NCBI GenBank assembly: GCA_002633005.1
Contig: NMRA01000403.1
Span: 58,888-122,887 of the forward strand
DNA from: Phoronis australis
Taxonomy: Eukaryota; Animalia; Phoronida
Direction of reading: 5' to 3'
DNA length: 64,000 nt
Part shown: positions 1 to 11,871 of the stretch, one piece after another
Layout of the letters: each line of letters opens with the position of its first letter
Numbering within the stretch: the first letter of the stretch is position 1
Translations under genes and position numbers: made by a program
Notes under the pieces: model-generated
The model's input: the letters and a program-made list of their open reading frames with translations, nothing else
The model's database searches: none
What the model was told of the DNA's origin: nothing

Positions 1-1022
1 TGCAGTCAACTTCTTGAACGTTGTTGTCAGGGTTCATGGCTTTACAGCGTTCGATTGGTCAGATCCTGAATAGCTACATCTGACGTCCGGGTGGCATTAA
101 AGTGACATTTCGCGGTCAGCTTGGTCAATGTTACCGAATAATAGGAAGGTATCTTACCGCATTTAGCCAACCGGAGTACAATACCTGCCCTTCAGTATAA
201 AGATATACATGTATAGTAACACAAACTGACAATAGATATTAATTACTTGCTCAAATTAAAAAACAAAAATATTTATATACGGGCAATTATTTTTTAAGTT
301 ATTCTGAAATCACTTCCTGCATCGTAAAAACTTTTGATTTAGACCACTTGCCATTGTGAAAATTGGTTTCGAATTATTCTTTAATCAAATTAGAGTTACG
401 TACACCTGTAGGAACTTATAAGTTAACAATTAACAAGCCTGTAGCTAACCAAATTTCCAGAAAACTCAGAAAAATGTACACTTTCTCAACGCAAAAGTCG
501 ACAGAATTTGACTATTAACTTTATCCCAGTCTGCCATTAACTGGTTCACCTGACCATGTCTTCTTAGTAAAATTTAGCACGCAAGAAAGGTACTTTCATA
601 AAAATGCAAGTGTGTAACCAAATTTCATCTGATATACAGGAAATTGTTCTACAGTAGATGAAATCTCAATACATGTTACATTTTTCTAAGCTCTCATTTT
701 GTGTTTCAATAAAAATCATCAAGATTCTATTTTGATAGCCCTCATTCAACTACATTTTAAATGGAGAATAGTGCATTAAGTATAGTATCTGAAAGCTTAA
801 TGTGAGTCCTATCTGTCTGGTAATATCTTCTGAAGTTAGCTAAATTGAGACATTTTTCTAGGGTCTTACAAGCTTGAAGATGATATTTGAAGAAAGGTTT
901 GAGGCGGAGCACGTTCTCGGTTTATACGTACTGTCAGTGTGTTCCAACCCCAGAACTTTCGTAAATGTAAGAGGTCATGGTCAAAAGATACTTTTTGACG
1001 GTGCTCGGGTTCATAGCCTCGT

Positions 1023-2003
1023 TTAATAGCACCTTACTTTCCCCCTTAAATTTTTAAGCACTATTACGAATTCATCACGAACTGTCTTGTTAATCACTCC
1101 ATATAGAATAGGATTCAAAAAATTACACGTGTTGTACAAAGGTAGCGAAATCAATTCAGCTTCCTGCATGATCCTAGAATATTCCTTGTTCGTCGAATCT
1201 GTGAACATTTTCGCTTGTCGTGAACCTACATAAGGGAATAACGACAAGATGTAACCAAATGTAATGGCAAATAACACCAACGACGCCTTTATCTGTGACC
1301 TTAGCTGCCTCTGCTTCTCTTTTGCCTCCGCGTCTCTGGGTAATGGCGCTGGACTTCTCGCGAGTTTCCTGGATGCCATGTAAATCCTTACGTAGCAAAA
1401 ACATAAAACAAGCGAAGATGGGAAGAAAATGGCTCCCATTAAACCGATGACCGTCAGAGTTCCAAAATCACGTCGACCCCAGTCAAGTTGACAAGCAATT
1501 AGATAAGAATCAAATTCGTACTTCCCGAGACCAAACAAAGGCGGACTCGTGATTATCACAGGTAGCACCCAAGATGCAACTATCATACACTTCGTCAGGC
1601 GATTAGTTATTTTTAAATGGTAATGCATTGGCTTTACGCATGCGTAGAAACGCTCAATGCTAATGCACAAGAGTGTCGTCATCGATTGAACTCCTAAACA
1701 ATTCTGAAGAAATCCGATAACACTACAAAGATTTTCATTGTTCTGAAGCAACTCCAACCCGTATACAGTTATCCACAGTGTGATGGGAAAAGATATATCT
1801 CCAACAGCCAAACTCGAAACAAGATAATAACCAGGAGCATGTAGCGGATAACGAGAGTAAATTGTATAAAGTAACATGATATTCGATAGAACTGTTATAA
1901 GTGGTATGACTGTGTAGTAGACATGAAACCCCAAACGGTTATCTTCATTGATAAGCGAATCGGTTTTGTTAAGTGATATATTAATGAACACTGTAGAATC
2001 CAT
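1023..2003 (-). CDS. Intronless class A (rhodopsin-like) orphan GPCR, GPR161-like, 326 aa from the second ATG (an in-frame ATG also exists at 2120)
   Basis: Seven hydrophobic segments; N-terminal sequons NIS/NKT; TM2 SLAVGD; TM3 C...ISIERFYACVKPMHY; ECL2 PPLFGLGKYEFDSYLIACQLDW; TM7 NPILY followed by helix 8 NKTVR. The TM3-ECL2 stretch resembles GPR161 as recalled. No Lys at the opsin K296-equivalent position (Asn). Confidence 0.9.
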   Translation of the reverse strand: MDSTVFINISLNKTDSLINEDNRLGFHVYYTVIPLITVLSNIMLLYTIYSRYPLHAPGYYLVSSLAVGDISFPITLWITVYGLELLQNNENLCSVIGFLQNCLGVQSMTTLLCISIERFYACVKPMHYHLKITNRLTKCMIVASWVLPVIITSPPLFGLGKYEFDSYLIACQLDWGRRDFGTLTVIGLMGAIFFPSSLVLCFCYVRIYMASRKLARSPAPLPRDAEAKEKQRQLRSQIKASLVLFAITFGYILSLFPYVGSRQAKMFTDSTNKEYSRIMQEAELISLPLYNTCNFLNPILYGVINKTVRDEFVIVLKNLRGKVRCY

Positions 2004-3957
2004 AATGTATTCGTTCTCCAGCAAGGTATTCTGAAAAATATTATATGTTACAATTAAAATAACAACATCAGAAAAGAAGCACCTGACGCAGCAATCAAAA
2101 CCGATAACCAACTGCAACATTCGGCACCGAGGCCGTGTGAGCGCATGCTACTGAATTCAGTGTTTGCTGACAGAAAGCTGTTTTGTGAAATAATAACTCG
2201 ATCTTATATGCTGTGGTCACATGCTTGAAAATTGTTTATTTAGATATAAAATACATTATTCAAATCATTCTTACTGTACAACCTTTGCCCTGACGGTCTG
2301 TGAAAGCGAAACCCGACTTCGCGGCCCCCGACAAGTACGTAGATTTTCAGTTTCGTGGCTAATTTACCAAAATAATTACGTGCACATTATTTCTTTGGCT
2401 CACTACTATAGTCTTTTGGTGACTAGAGGTTTAGTTTCCAACTTAAGCTGGTTTATGTTCGTGATGTCCAATCCCGCCGGCGGTCGCGACGGGCCACTGG
2501 CTGGGATAACAAGTATTTTGTGTGTTTAGAACTGAAAAAAATCCCACGTCTAAAATTACAACACACAGTCATGATCTCCTGTCTGTATTTCAAGGAAGAA
2601 TGAATCGAATTTATCACCAAACAAACCCAAACTCCCGCGATCGACCATGGTGAATTAGCCTACCGAACTCTATAGGATACGGTACGTTCAAATACCTATA
2701 AATCCGTAACAGTGATATAAAACAACACGTCTGTTCAAGAACTCGACGTATTTGTAAAGGTTTTACATCCAATTTTGATGATTTATTGGTGTAACACGAT
2801 GTATTCAAGCGATAAGTTGACACCAGGAAGCGTGTCGTGAAGAGCTGAACAGACTGCGTTCGGAACCGATTACGTCATTGGTTAATTTGTTCAGAAAATA
2901 AAATACTAGAGACATTAGTTCAGGTTGGGAGTTGCCGTGAACAAGGGACACTGGAACTCATTTTTACGAATGTAATGTCAGCAAACAAAGAGACAGTTAC
3001 ATTTTGCCGGGGTGGGTCCAGGATTTTGAGTTAGGGAGACCATAGTGAAGTATTAGCCAGGATTTTGCCTGTCAGACATTCGCATCCTTGAACTGCCTGT
3101 TCCACAATTGTCAATATTTTAAAATGGACAAAAACAACTGGGTTGAAAAGCGGGACATCGGGGGTATATGTCAAAACACAAGGGCGAAACGCTTGTCGCA
3201 GCACACTAAAACGTTCCGACGGCGTTTTGGCGAACGGCAGACGTAACTCTCAAAAGCGCCAGTCGGCGTTTTTTGTTAAGTTTTAGTCGAATGGGAAATG
3301 TCAACTTCGATTTTGCCCTTCTGAGAATGCGCCGCGCATGCGTGGCCTTTGTTTGCATTCGTTTTTTCCGGTGTTGGTTATTGCTATGGAATTTGCTGTC
3401 AATAACACTTTTCACAACTCCGCTGTTTTTCAACCAAATTGCGCAAGTCATGTAAGTAAAAAGCACTTCTTAAGTTTTTGATTGTGTATAATTATTACAT
3501 AGGCAAAAAGATGAATAATTTAATTCATAAATAACTATAATTTCTCATACCTCACATTTTTAAAAATATTTGTTAATTCTAAAAAACGAGAGTGTCACGA
3601 AAATGCGAAAAATAATAGGGTGTAATAGTAACATAAAGGGAAATGAATCTGGGGTTACAAAAATGACTAATTACAACAGCAGGGAAATAAACTCAATGAT
3701 TCAAAAGATTTGTACCCTATCGAGGCAGACATTTTAAAACATGGAAACGTCACAGCTCCTGTGAAAAATTAAGCCAGAAATTCGTCCAGCATTATACATC
3801 ATTTTATATTAATTGGACCTTTGGTGCAGTTTAATACGCTTCTTCGCAAATAATCCAGGATGCAGTGACATTTACAAAAATGTTATTAACTAGCTACTCC
3901 AACTACTTATTGCTGTCAGCAACACAAAGTATTGGATTGGATTTTTTGTAAAGTAAT

Positions 3958-4010
3958 TACACGCACACGCACGCACGCACACGCACGCACACGTACGCAT
4001 ACACACACAC
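3958..4010 (+). repeat. (CA)n/(CACG)n microsatellite
   Basis: acacgcacacgcacgcacgcac...acacacacac seen directly. Confidence 0.85.
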
Positions 4011-4787
4011 AGTCACACTTAGCCACGTATGTATGTTGCTTTTCGAAAGTTACGTAAGCATCTGTCAGTAGGGCTTAAACTTTTCTGAAAATAGAACTGA
4101 TTACATGGTCGTCACTAACTGAAGATAGGTCGTACCTAGATCTTCAGCCTCCACCGCACTTCTTCTCAGTCGATGTTCCCCAAAATGATGATACCTGTTT
4201 CGATGTCCATCCAAAATTGAAATGAGGTTAGAGCGTGAGGAGAACTTTTTCCCAATGAATAGAGTGCATGTCTTCACTGCGCCTTTTTGGCTGCGAAAGC
4301 AAGATTAGTTACAGGTGACAGACATTGCCACCTCCTTTTCACACATTTCAGCTTTTCAGAGACTGAAAAGACCGCTGTGTCGTTTGTTCCCATGAATCAA
4401 ATTCGAATAAGCGCCACTGTTGAATATTCGCAGCACTTGAATTATTTCTTGGCGGTAGACGCTTTTCTTAAAAAAAAACAACCAGGAACGTAACCAGAGT
4501 GCATGTTTATTGGCAAAGGCAAAAAATGTACTACGGCTTATAACAGAATATCTCTTACTCACTATTATAAAAAATTGCAATGACATACACACTATAACGG
4601 AACCAACTAGTACCTAGCCGGGGAGGCATCGGAAAGATGTAACGTAGGGGCAATCAAAACTACGCAAGCAAACTCTGAAATCGGTAAAGATGGATGCTCA
4701 ACAACCAAAAAACATCATATCTGCCTTTCTCGACGTGTGGAACATACTGCTGTGTGCGCGCGTGTATATGTATGTACGTATGTATGA

Positions 4788-4792
<5 letters not shown>

Positions 4793-4827
<35 letters not shown>

Positions 4828-5545
4828 NNNNNNNNNNNNNNNNNNNNNNNNNNNNNNNNNNNNNNNNNNNNNNNNNNNNNNNNNNNNNNNNNNNNNNNNN
4901 NNNNNNNNNNNNNNNNNNNNNNNNNNNNNNNNNNNNNNNNNNNNNNNNNNNNNNNNNNNNNNNNNNNNNNNNNNNNNNNNNNNNNNNNNNNNNNNNNNNN
5001 NNNNNNNNNNNNNNNNNNNNNNNNNNNNNNNNNNNNNNNNNNNNNNNNNNNNNNNNNNNNNNNNNNNNNNNNNNNNNNNNNNNNNNNNNNNNNNNNNNNN
5101 NNNNNNNNNNNNNNNNNNNNNNNNNNNNNNNNNNNNNNNNNNNNNNNNNNNNNNNNNNNNNNNNNNNNNNNNNNNNNNNNNNNNNNNNNNNNNNNNNNNN
5201 NNNNNNNNNNNNNNNNNNNNNNNNNNNNNNNNNNNNNNNNNNNNNNNNNNNNNNNNNNNNNNNNNNNNNNNNNNNNNNNNNNNNNNNNNNNNNNNNNNNN
5301 NNNNNNNNNNNNNNNNNNNNNNNNNNNNNNNNNNNNNNNNNNNNNNNNNNNNNNNNNNNNNNNNNNNNNNNNNNNNNNNNNNNNNNNNNNNNNNNNNNNN
5401 NNNNNNNNNNNNNNNNNNNNNNNNNNNNNNNNNNNNNNNNNNNNNNNNNNNNNNNNNNNNNNNNNNNNNNNNNNNNNNNNNNNNNNNNNNNNNNNNNNNN
5501 NNNNNNNNNNNNNNNNNNNNNNNNNNNNNNNNNNNNNNNNNNNNN
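4793..5545. other. (CA)n microsatellite running into an assembly gap (N run 4828-5545)
   Basis: Seen directly; ORFs called across the Ns are artefacts. Confidence 0.95.
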
Positions 5546-5677
5546 ATTCACGATGAAACACGGTTAACGGACCGCCAAACACGGGTCACGGACTCATCGG
5601 CTTCGTGGGTCAGCTGACATCTTCATTTTGTCCGTGACCCGTGTTTGGCGGTCCGTTAACCGTGTTTCCTCGTGAAT
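5546..5677. repeat. 48-bp near-perfect inverted repeat with 36-nt spacer (fold-back/MITE-like)
   Basis: attcacgatgaaacacggttaacggaccgccaaacacgggtcacggac (5546-5593) pairs with gtccgtgacccgtgtttggcggtccgttaaccgtgtttcctcgtgaat (5630-5677), one mismatch. Confidence 0.9.
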
Positions 5678-7259
5678 ATGAGTCCGTGTCCCGTGTATTT
5701 GGGTGCGTGTAGTTTAGGTACCTTGAATTATTTTTTATTATAGTAACAGCCTGCTATAATTGCGTATGCACTGTAACCTGTGAAAAGTAATTTATTCAAT
5801 AAGGCAGTATACACAGTTTCTGTTGTTAAAAGCATTGGGCGATTAGCGAGTGAGGGTATAGCTTTTACAAAAACAGAGGCGTAAAGTATATACCTATAAA
5901 TCATTTTGAAGATGCAAATAAGTTTCCTTCAAATCCTGGAAAAATGAACTTGGCTTATTTCTCGTCAAAAATAGCGACTGCCGACTTGGCTGACAAGATA
6001 AAAAACATGATTCACTGCGACAAGTAGGAGAATCGCTTCATCAAGCAGAGAAGCGTAAAGACAATAGTTTGAATGCTAAATGTGAGATTAGTAAGAGATC
6101 AAGCAGCCTTGGGAAACATTACCCTGACAGATAAATGCCAAACGTTTTTTAAAATGCCGTTGGTTGAATGTAAGGGAACAATACAAAACAAAAAAGAAAC
6201 CTATTAGCCTTAAGTCATAATTTTTCTCCTACGCTCCACACAAATATTTCTGAAATAAAAAATTATATTTCACTTCAGAAAAAGTATAAATCTCTGAAAA
6301 TATACCCAATAGGCCAAAGAATGGATAGTTGTTCCGGGTCTGTGTTCCCTTAGAAACCAGCGTTTACTGATTAAAAAAGAAAAAGCGCCCTGATACGCCG
6401 TAAAATGTAACAATTTCGTAAAATTTAACAACTGTTACAACTTACATCATTGTTATATTTTACGTTGCTAGGTCTCTCCTAAATTGCAACAAGTTGTAGT
6501 TGTTACATTTTACGTCGAATGCACATCCTATAAACCCCTTCCCCTTATTTCAATGCTGCGCCGCGCATGATCAGAACATCCACTCACTGCAGCTTCACAG
6601 GAAATGAGAATAGATTTGACAGTGGTTGAACAAGAAACTTACAGCTATTGCCTTTTGCTATTAATGAAAATCGAGCTACTCTCCGCCAGCAGGAGAAAGG
6701 TTTGATAAACATGAAAAACATTGGTGTTGCGTCAAGATGCTGTTTCTAAAACGTTAAATAATAGCGCGCGATGTACGTCATATTTCACAATGAAATCGTG
6801 CTAAACATGAAGGGAAGTGAGATTGCTCTAATCCCCTCGACCCTCACACCCCTCGACTCCCTTGACCCACGACCTGTGGCAATAGAGGTATGCTTGCTCT
6901 TTTTACATATTTCATATCATACCACAATATCAGCCTCAAATGGCCAATACAACCATGTAATAACCCATTTAGTTATCTCACTCTGAGTGGGATAACATTT
7001 TGGCGGGAACCGAGGCCGGTAGTAACAAAGCCGAGACGAGACGAGAAAAGTAGATCAATGCGATGCAATGTTTCTCGTTCAGTATGTAGTATAAATAGAT
7101 TATTACATGTTCTCAGTCGTTATCCTCCTTATCTAGAGCCTTCGTGGATTTTAGAGAATTATCACCCTCCGGTGATAATTCTCCAAAATACACTCGAGCT
7201 CTAGAATACGAGGGATAACGCCTTCACCATGTAAATATAGATTATCAATCTATACTAAA

Positions 7260-7411
7260 ACCACAATATCAGCCTCCGAATGGCCAATACATCCATGTAA
7301 TAACTCATTTAGTCATCTCACCAGTGAGATTAACATTTTTGGCGAGGCCGGTTTCGAACCCGGTCCGCGTGAGTTTCGAGTCGTCGACTTTACCACTGCA
7401 CCACTCACGGC
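7260..7411 (-). mobile_element. tRNA-derived SINE (head plus body); a second headless body copy lies at 6921-7005
   Basis: The minus strand reads GCCGTGAG-TGGTGCAGTGG (A box)...GGTTCGAAACC (B box), followed by a body (accacaatatcagcctc...aacattttggcg on +) duplicated at 6921-7005. There is no proper acceptor stem, so this is not a tRNA gene. Confidence 0.7.
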
Positions 7412-8039
7412 TGATGTCATCGACTCGGGCTCTAGATAACGGAGGATAATGACTTCGCCATGTAATAATATATATTTATCACGTCGCTGAGTGACTTTCC
7501 TTGAATATTTTTAAATATTAAAACTGTCGTCATGTGGTGGAACAGAGAGGTCGACGATTATTGGCCTGGCAGATTTTTGCCAAAATAAAAGCAAAAGTAA
7601 AACACATTCACGTAAGAAAATCGAAGACTTTTTTGAAAAAGCTCCGAACAACTGTTGAAATGTTGTCTGACATAAAATCAGTGTAATTCTCAGTTGAACA
7701 TTGAACATTTCGTGATGATTCATGCTTCATTGTCGCTGACTTTGTCTCTTTATTACAATTATTCAGTGTAACGTATGGGACTTTCGTTACAGACGTTTAA
7801 TATATTTTACCCCTTTTGAAAAATAACCTAGCGTGGGCGGCGCACTTATTTAAGTGCTACACAGCCCTGGTCTTGATGTAATAAATTCGAATTTTGAATT
7901 TTGTTGCAGGGACAAACACAGGCCTCGTGCATACAGAGCGCGTGGCAGCTCGCGTGCCAATTTTCCAGCTTGCTGTAGTGGCACTCTGATCCGCCAAACT
8001 GAAAAATGGTTGGTGATTCCTGTCCATCGTCGGCATTCC

Positions 8040-8353
8040 CAGTGGCGGATTTAGGGGAGGCCAGGGGGCTATGCTCCCCCCCCCCCTAAAATTCTCCCAC
8101 ATACCATTTGGCAGTTCGGGGTGCGAATTGCTGAGTAGGATATGCGTGCATCCAGGGTGGCTCGAGAGGTGAATGCACACTGCATAGGCCTTGAACAAAC
8201 CACGTTTGCCGTTTTTTCTTAGTAATAAGGTCCGCAAACCCAAAATTGGAGACTTCTACATCCCTACATTTTAGGCTGGGCGCGCTCATGAGCCGAAATT
8301 CTGGTTATTCCTGTGCCCTGGCAACCTAACTCAAAATCTTAGATCCGCCCCTG
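8040..8353. mobile_element. Non-autonomous DNA transposon (MITE) with CAGTGGCGGAT/ATCCGCCCCTG termini
   Basis: Terminal inverted repeats cagtggcggattta...tagatccgcccctg with an internal GGGGG/CCCCC hairpin. Confidence 0.7.
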
Positions 8354-8449
8354 ATTCTTGTCTTGATATCGGACGAAAGAATCATCGGTCTGTGCTTCGG
8401 AGGTCCGTATGCCGTTTCTCTCAGAAAAAGGGCGTTATTCCTGTCGTGC

Positions 8450-8587
8450 GTTCAGTAACACTAGGATCTACCCTAGGACCAAGCTAAAATCTAGCCACAG
8501 TCACGTGTTCTCATTTAATATACACGGCAATATCTCACGTAATCTCCCGGAGTCGTGCTTTTCTGCGAGGTCCTAGCGTTACTGAAC
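8450..8587. mobile_element. ~130-140-bp MITE family, copy 1 (TIR GTTCAGTAACGCTAGGA)
   Basis: gttcagtaacactagga...tcctagcgttactgaac; homologous copies at 23135-23272 and 44616-44741. Confidence 0.8.
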
Positions 8588-11500
8588 GGGGGATTGGTTC
8601 GATTATATGTGTGGCTGTCTGCTGCTAGTTGTGCCGGTTTGTACAGCTGTACAGACTCTGCGAAGCCGAAGGTGAGTCGATAACCTGACGCAGCCGAACC
8701 CGGCTTTGGGTCGATGGGGTCGTGGGTCGAGAGTGTCGAGGGGTGTGGGGGTCGAGGGGGTCTTAAAACAATCCCGGTAACGATCATTTGTAATAAAACA
8801 TCCAAAAATTTGCATTTGTTACAGAAGACATTTCTCAGTTTAGTCGACAAAACGATTCACAGTCGTACCAACAGAACATACGCAACGTCTAGTATAGGCA
8901 GCGCGACAGTTGTGGTCTTGAAAACAGACTGTTTGAAATAGCTCAATAACGGTGTATTTGTGTAACATTCGGGGTACTCAAAGTCAAGAAAAGTAGTCTA
9001 CGCCAGCGAAAAAAACGAGGTGTAAAAATATAAACCAATTTCATCACAATTGGTTTTTCAGTAACCCATGTAAATTTCCCATTTTTACCAGAGGTGCCTT
9101 TGTTTAGGCGGCTGTAATTAGGAAAGCTAATCGGATGACCCCCAGTTTGTTTTGCACCTTGCAGTAAGCAGACTAAAATATATAATCTGAACATTAAAGG
9201 GAACTCGACGATAAATTGTAAATGTATCATTTATAAATTTTTAGAACTGTGTCGAACCCCATAAGCTATAAAAATGGCAAAATTCAAATGTTCATATATT
9301 GAAACTGTGGATAGAGAAAGTGCAAGGTTGTCTATTTTCAGTCTGCTCAGAAAAGTAAAAGACAGTCATTTTCATGGTCGCTTTAGTGGGAAGACGCTGC
9401 AGCCGTCTTGCTCAACGTGGAGAGTAGGGACGCTCGTCCCCTTGCCCCCACTTACTACGCCAATTAATAGCCTAGATGCATCAACGTAAAGCAGTCGAGT
9501 AAAGATTTCGGAAAGAGCGTCACCCTGATATAGCGTCATTGGAAGCTCTTTTGAAATTTTGAGGAAAGGTGGCCACGGGCGTCTCTTTTATCGGTACAAA
9601 TACTACACATTTTGAAATTCGTCATTCTTTTAAGTAAAATTTTAAAAAGGTGCACAATAAATAAGATATTACATAATAATCTCTTTTACCTCCCGTAGTC
9701 CTTAAAATTTCCATTTTACATGGTATCTTATTTCAGTCCGGTGAAGGAGGGTGCCCAGGGAAACGATAAATTTTGCATGTATTAAATACCTTGGTGTGCG
9801 TGTGATCATGGTGTGGCTGTGATACAGAAATCATCAATTTTTGTACTTTGTACCTATAGGCCTTCATGGGTTCACGAAGAAAATGACACCTGTTGGCATA
9901 TCGGAAACAACCATTTTTCTATATGAAAAACATGTAGATTGCATGCAATAAGTGGAAACACACAATGGGAGTTGGAAGTCATGCAGAAGGGCTATCACCC
10001 AAAATTGATGCATATAATTTCACTGTGTCCATCAAATACACGAGAGAAAATCTAGAGGCATTTTTTTAGGGTTGAAGGTGGGTGGATCTTGGATGCGTGA
10101 ACAAATTTAACAACTCTCAAGAATCAGCTTTTTCATGTTGTTGTTGTTGTTTAAAACTGTTCCAATATTCTATATTCTGCGCTAAAATGAAAATGCAGAC
10201 AGACTTGTAAAGATTGTAGGCAGCGTTCTGCATTGTCTACCTGAACCTGCTATCCCGGTATCCTACGGATGGTGGATGGTGGAGGATGAGTATACGCAAC
10301 TGGGTACTCTACCCAGTCAGCAGCCCAGTGGGCATCACAGAACACGAGTTTTTTTCTAAATTTATGTATAAATTGTGTATTTGATACATGTTTTGTACCT
10401 AATTACTTTCTACTTCAGGTTCAAAGGTTCAAAGCAACGTGAGAACCTTCGTTGGTTTTTTGTAAATAGGATTAAGAAGTGTTTGAAGCTTACTCGATCT
10501 CTCGTCCTCACGGCCTTCATTAAGTTATCACTTTTGACAAATTCTACTTTAAGAAGAAATATTCAATATTACACAGTCGTCATGGTAACAGTTATTCATG
10601 TCCTCTTTTATACTTAATCTCTATATTAAAGAGTCTTTGGTCGTTTAAGCTATTAAAGCGGCAGCTGTGTTGCCTTTAATCCGTGGTAGTTTGATGTGTT
10701 TGAGTATACTCGTTGTCAGTTCAACCTTTGGCAATGTTGAGTGTAGGGGATATATTTGTTTATTGTCTTGGTATTGCTTTAGCGATTAAAGTGAAACGTT
10801 GAACCTGAAAATCTTTGTAGTTGCGGTGGTTTTTAAGTTTCTTCCTATGCTTTGGCCAAAATCTGATTTAACTGATTTGCCAAGAGGGTCACACGTTTTA
10901 ATAGTGTCAGTGAATCCTGTTTTAAAAAATTGTCTACAGTCCATCAAAACCGAAAGAAGATTTAGACTTGAGATTTCGAATATGTTTCAATACAATATTT
11001 TCAGACACGTGGTTCAATTTGAAAGTGTTTTTGGGAAGAGTTGAAAAATAATTGGAAATTTCATCAAAAGAATGTCCTGACTCTGGGGCAGATTTTTTCC
11101 TATGCTAACGAAAAAATGATTAAATGTGTACACAAGTTCTTTTTGATTGGTAATTGTGTTATTGTTGATATTGATAAATTTCGTTGATGTACTTTCTTTT
11201 GAAAGGTTGTCTGTTACATTCGAAATAGTTTCTCACGTTTTCGTTATGTCGTGATTGGTTTTGCGAAAGTCTTGTCCACCAACCTTTGTTTTTGTTTGCG
11301 TTAATTATGACACATTTGAGAATGTTGTTATAAACGCGTAGTTTGTGTTGATAAACTGAGTAAACGGGCAAAGTAGAAGGTGTTCTTTTTCAGTTTGTAG
11401 TAATTATAGTTTGTCTCTAAATTTTATTGAGAGGAGTATGACGCGCATCATACATGTATCTGTTTTGTGCTTAGATTTGTTGAACTTAACAGTTTTAGTT

Positions 11501-11589
11501 GCAAAGTGCTTGTCTCGTTGTGAAATTAAGATGTTAATAAAGGTACAGGTATTGTAACATTAAAAACCGGATGCCGTGTAAACTGAAGT

Positions 11590-11871
11590 TACCCATCCTT
11601 TTATTGAACAATAGCAATGTTGTATATAAGGTTAAATATGACAACTGTAAGAAATTCTATATCGGACTAAAAAGCACATCACACCTCAAAGAAAAGCAAC
11701 ATAGATAGGCATTGTGTTCGTAACAATCACCAAGCCAATTCAGTTAGTATTATCTGCATAGAACCTGATAAGGAATTACTGTACATTAAAGAGTCATTGG
11801 CCATTCAGAACCAGCATGCTACGGATTCTCTGAATAACATGCAGAGCTCAGTGACCCTGGATCTATGGTGA
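11590..11871 (+). mobile_element. Penelope-like retroelement remnant, GIY-YIG endonuclease end (pseudogenised)
   Basis: Translates to SNVVYKVKYDNCKKFYIG (GIY-YIG motif) and, after a stop and a frameshift, VSIICIEPDKELLYIKESLAIQNQHATDSLNNMQSSVTLDLW*, which matches the typical Penelope C-terminus (L.IKESL.I....LN....S..L.L). Confidence 0.7.

Noticed and set aside
1023-2003. Opsin assignment for the GPCR
   Set aside because: The position six residues before the Asn of NPILY is Asn, not the Schiff-base Lys.
4690-5617. Long ORFs in the track
   Set aside because: They span the N gap and a (CA)n repeat.
7340-7411. tRNA-like sequence with A and B boxes
   Set aside because: No pairing acceptor stem, and it continues into a repeated body, so it was called a SINE head rather than a tRNA.
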